Shown here: piece by piece, positions 63,792 through 64,000 of the stretch | How the letters are laid out: every line of letters begins with the position of its first letter | Position numbering within the stretch: position 1 is the first letter of the stretch | Source of the DNA: Candidatus Ozemobacteraceae bacterium | GTDB taxonomy: Bacteria > Muiribacteriota > Ozemobacteria > Ozemobacterales > Ozemobacteraceae | Direction: 5' to 3' | Assembly: GCA_035342015.1 (NCBI GenBank) | Contig: DAOQWI010000001.1 | Location: 270 to 64,269, forward strand | DNA: 64,000 nt | Translations under genes and position numbers: made by a program | Notes under the pieces: generated by a model | Databases searched by the model: none | Seen by the model: the letters and a program-made list of their open reading frames with translations, nothing else | What the model was told of the DNA's origin: nothing

Positions 63792-64000
63792 ATGAACGAC
63801 ACCTATTTTTCAAGAATCGCCGAAGAGCTTAAAATCAACCCGATTCAGGTCATGTCGACAGCCCAGCTGCTCGAAGAAGGCGGCACAGTGCCGTTCATTG
63901 CCCGCTACCGCAAAGAAAGAACCGGCTCTCTCGATGAAGTTGCCATTACCACTATTCGCGACCGACTCGAACAGTTTGCTGAATACGACAAGCGCCGTGA
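63792..64000 (+). CDS. tex: transcription accessory protein Tex (partial, N-terminus only)
   Basis: [50 protein letters not shown] matches the E. coli Tex N-terminus (MMNDSFCRIIAGEI...[23 protein letters not shown]). Confidence 0.85.
   Translation, partial: [69 protein letters not shown]

Noticed and set aside
1-64000. CRISPR arrays, insertion sequences, integrases or prophage genes. In particular, whether the tRNA cluster marks an integrated element.
   Set aside because: I found no regularly spaced direct repeats and no transposase, integrase or phage-like ORFs. The tRNA operon has its own promoter and terminator and is flanked by ordinary genes, not by att-like repeats or a recombinase.

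Overview
This 64 kb window reads as chromosomal backbone, ~50% GC, from a bacterium that uses Shine-Dalgarno sites and carries T9SS-type (YPNP) C-terminal sorting domains. From this I infer an FCB-superphylum-like and possibly uncultivated lineage. I found no CRISPR array, transposase, integrase or prophage signature. Contents in order:

- **1..733:** a partial XdhC-family gene.
- **894..4178:** mgtC, an orphan SPPF-type DNA methyltransferase, divIVA, a yggU-like gene and a small membrane protein.
- **4257..5051:** a secreted zinc phospholipase C / P1-nuclease-fold protein.
- **5132..16201 (minus strand):** a probable operon of an HExxH metallopeptidase with a T9SS CTD, a TPR lipoprotein, a 1965-aa TPR protein and a HEAT-repeat protein.
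- **16372..18717 and 18730..21363:** two further HExxH proteins. One is a paralogue of the first with the same CTD. The other carries a glycine-zipper tail.
- **21396..38968:** three membrane-anchored PP2C/SpoIIE phosphatases. Two of them are co-operonic with System II cytochrome c biogenesis genes resB-ccsA.
- **24720..29528:** a response regulator, histidine kinase and hybrid histidine kinase operon, followed by a detached secreted Reg_prop propeller protein.
- **41020..45121:** yciH, then a flavodoxin/2x[4Fe-4S] ferredoxin gene divergent from two tandem paralogous B12-binding radical SAM genes.
- **46799..47436 (minus strand):** a seven-tRNA operon (Pro-Gly-Arg-His-Arg-Lys-Lys) with a near-consensus sigma70 promoter and an intrinsic terminator.
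- **47918..58092:** a polysaccharide-modification locus: nucleotide-sugar dehydrogenase, a third B12 radical SAM, AsnB-like amidotransferase, ADH/Gfo-Idh-MocA bi-domain oxidoreductase, heparinase II/III-like protein, GT4 glycosyltransferase and a terminal bacterial SET-domain protein.
- **58198..60675:** a TolC-like outer-membrane factor with an N-terminal ABC substrate-binding-like domain.
- **60861..63723:** an Rrf2 regulator, then a NIT-sensor/HAMP/MCP/hemerythrin chemoreceptor split by a frameshift at an A6 run.
- **63792..64000:** the start of tex.

I consider these observations the most interesting:

- The flavodoxin-ferredoxin plus twin B12 radical SAM module.
- The PBP-TolC fusion.
- The three-gene secreted HExxH set, including a Gly-zipper-tailed member and a paralogue whose signal peptide lies upstream of its first ATG.
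- The SET-domain gene ending a glycan locus.
- The frameshifted NIT-MCP-hemerythrin receptor.
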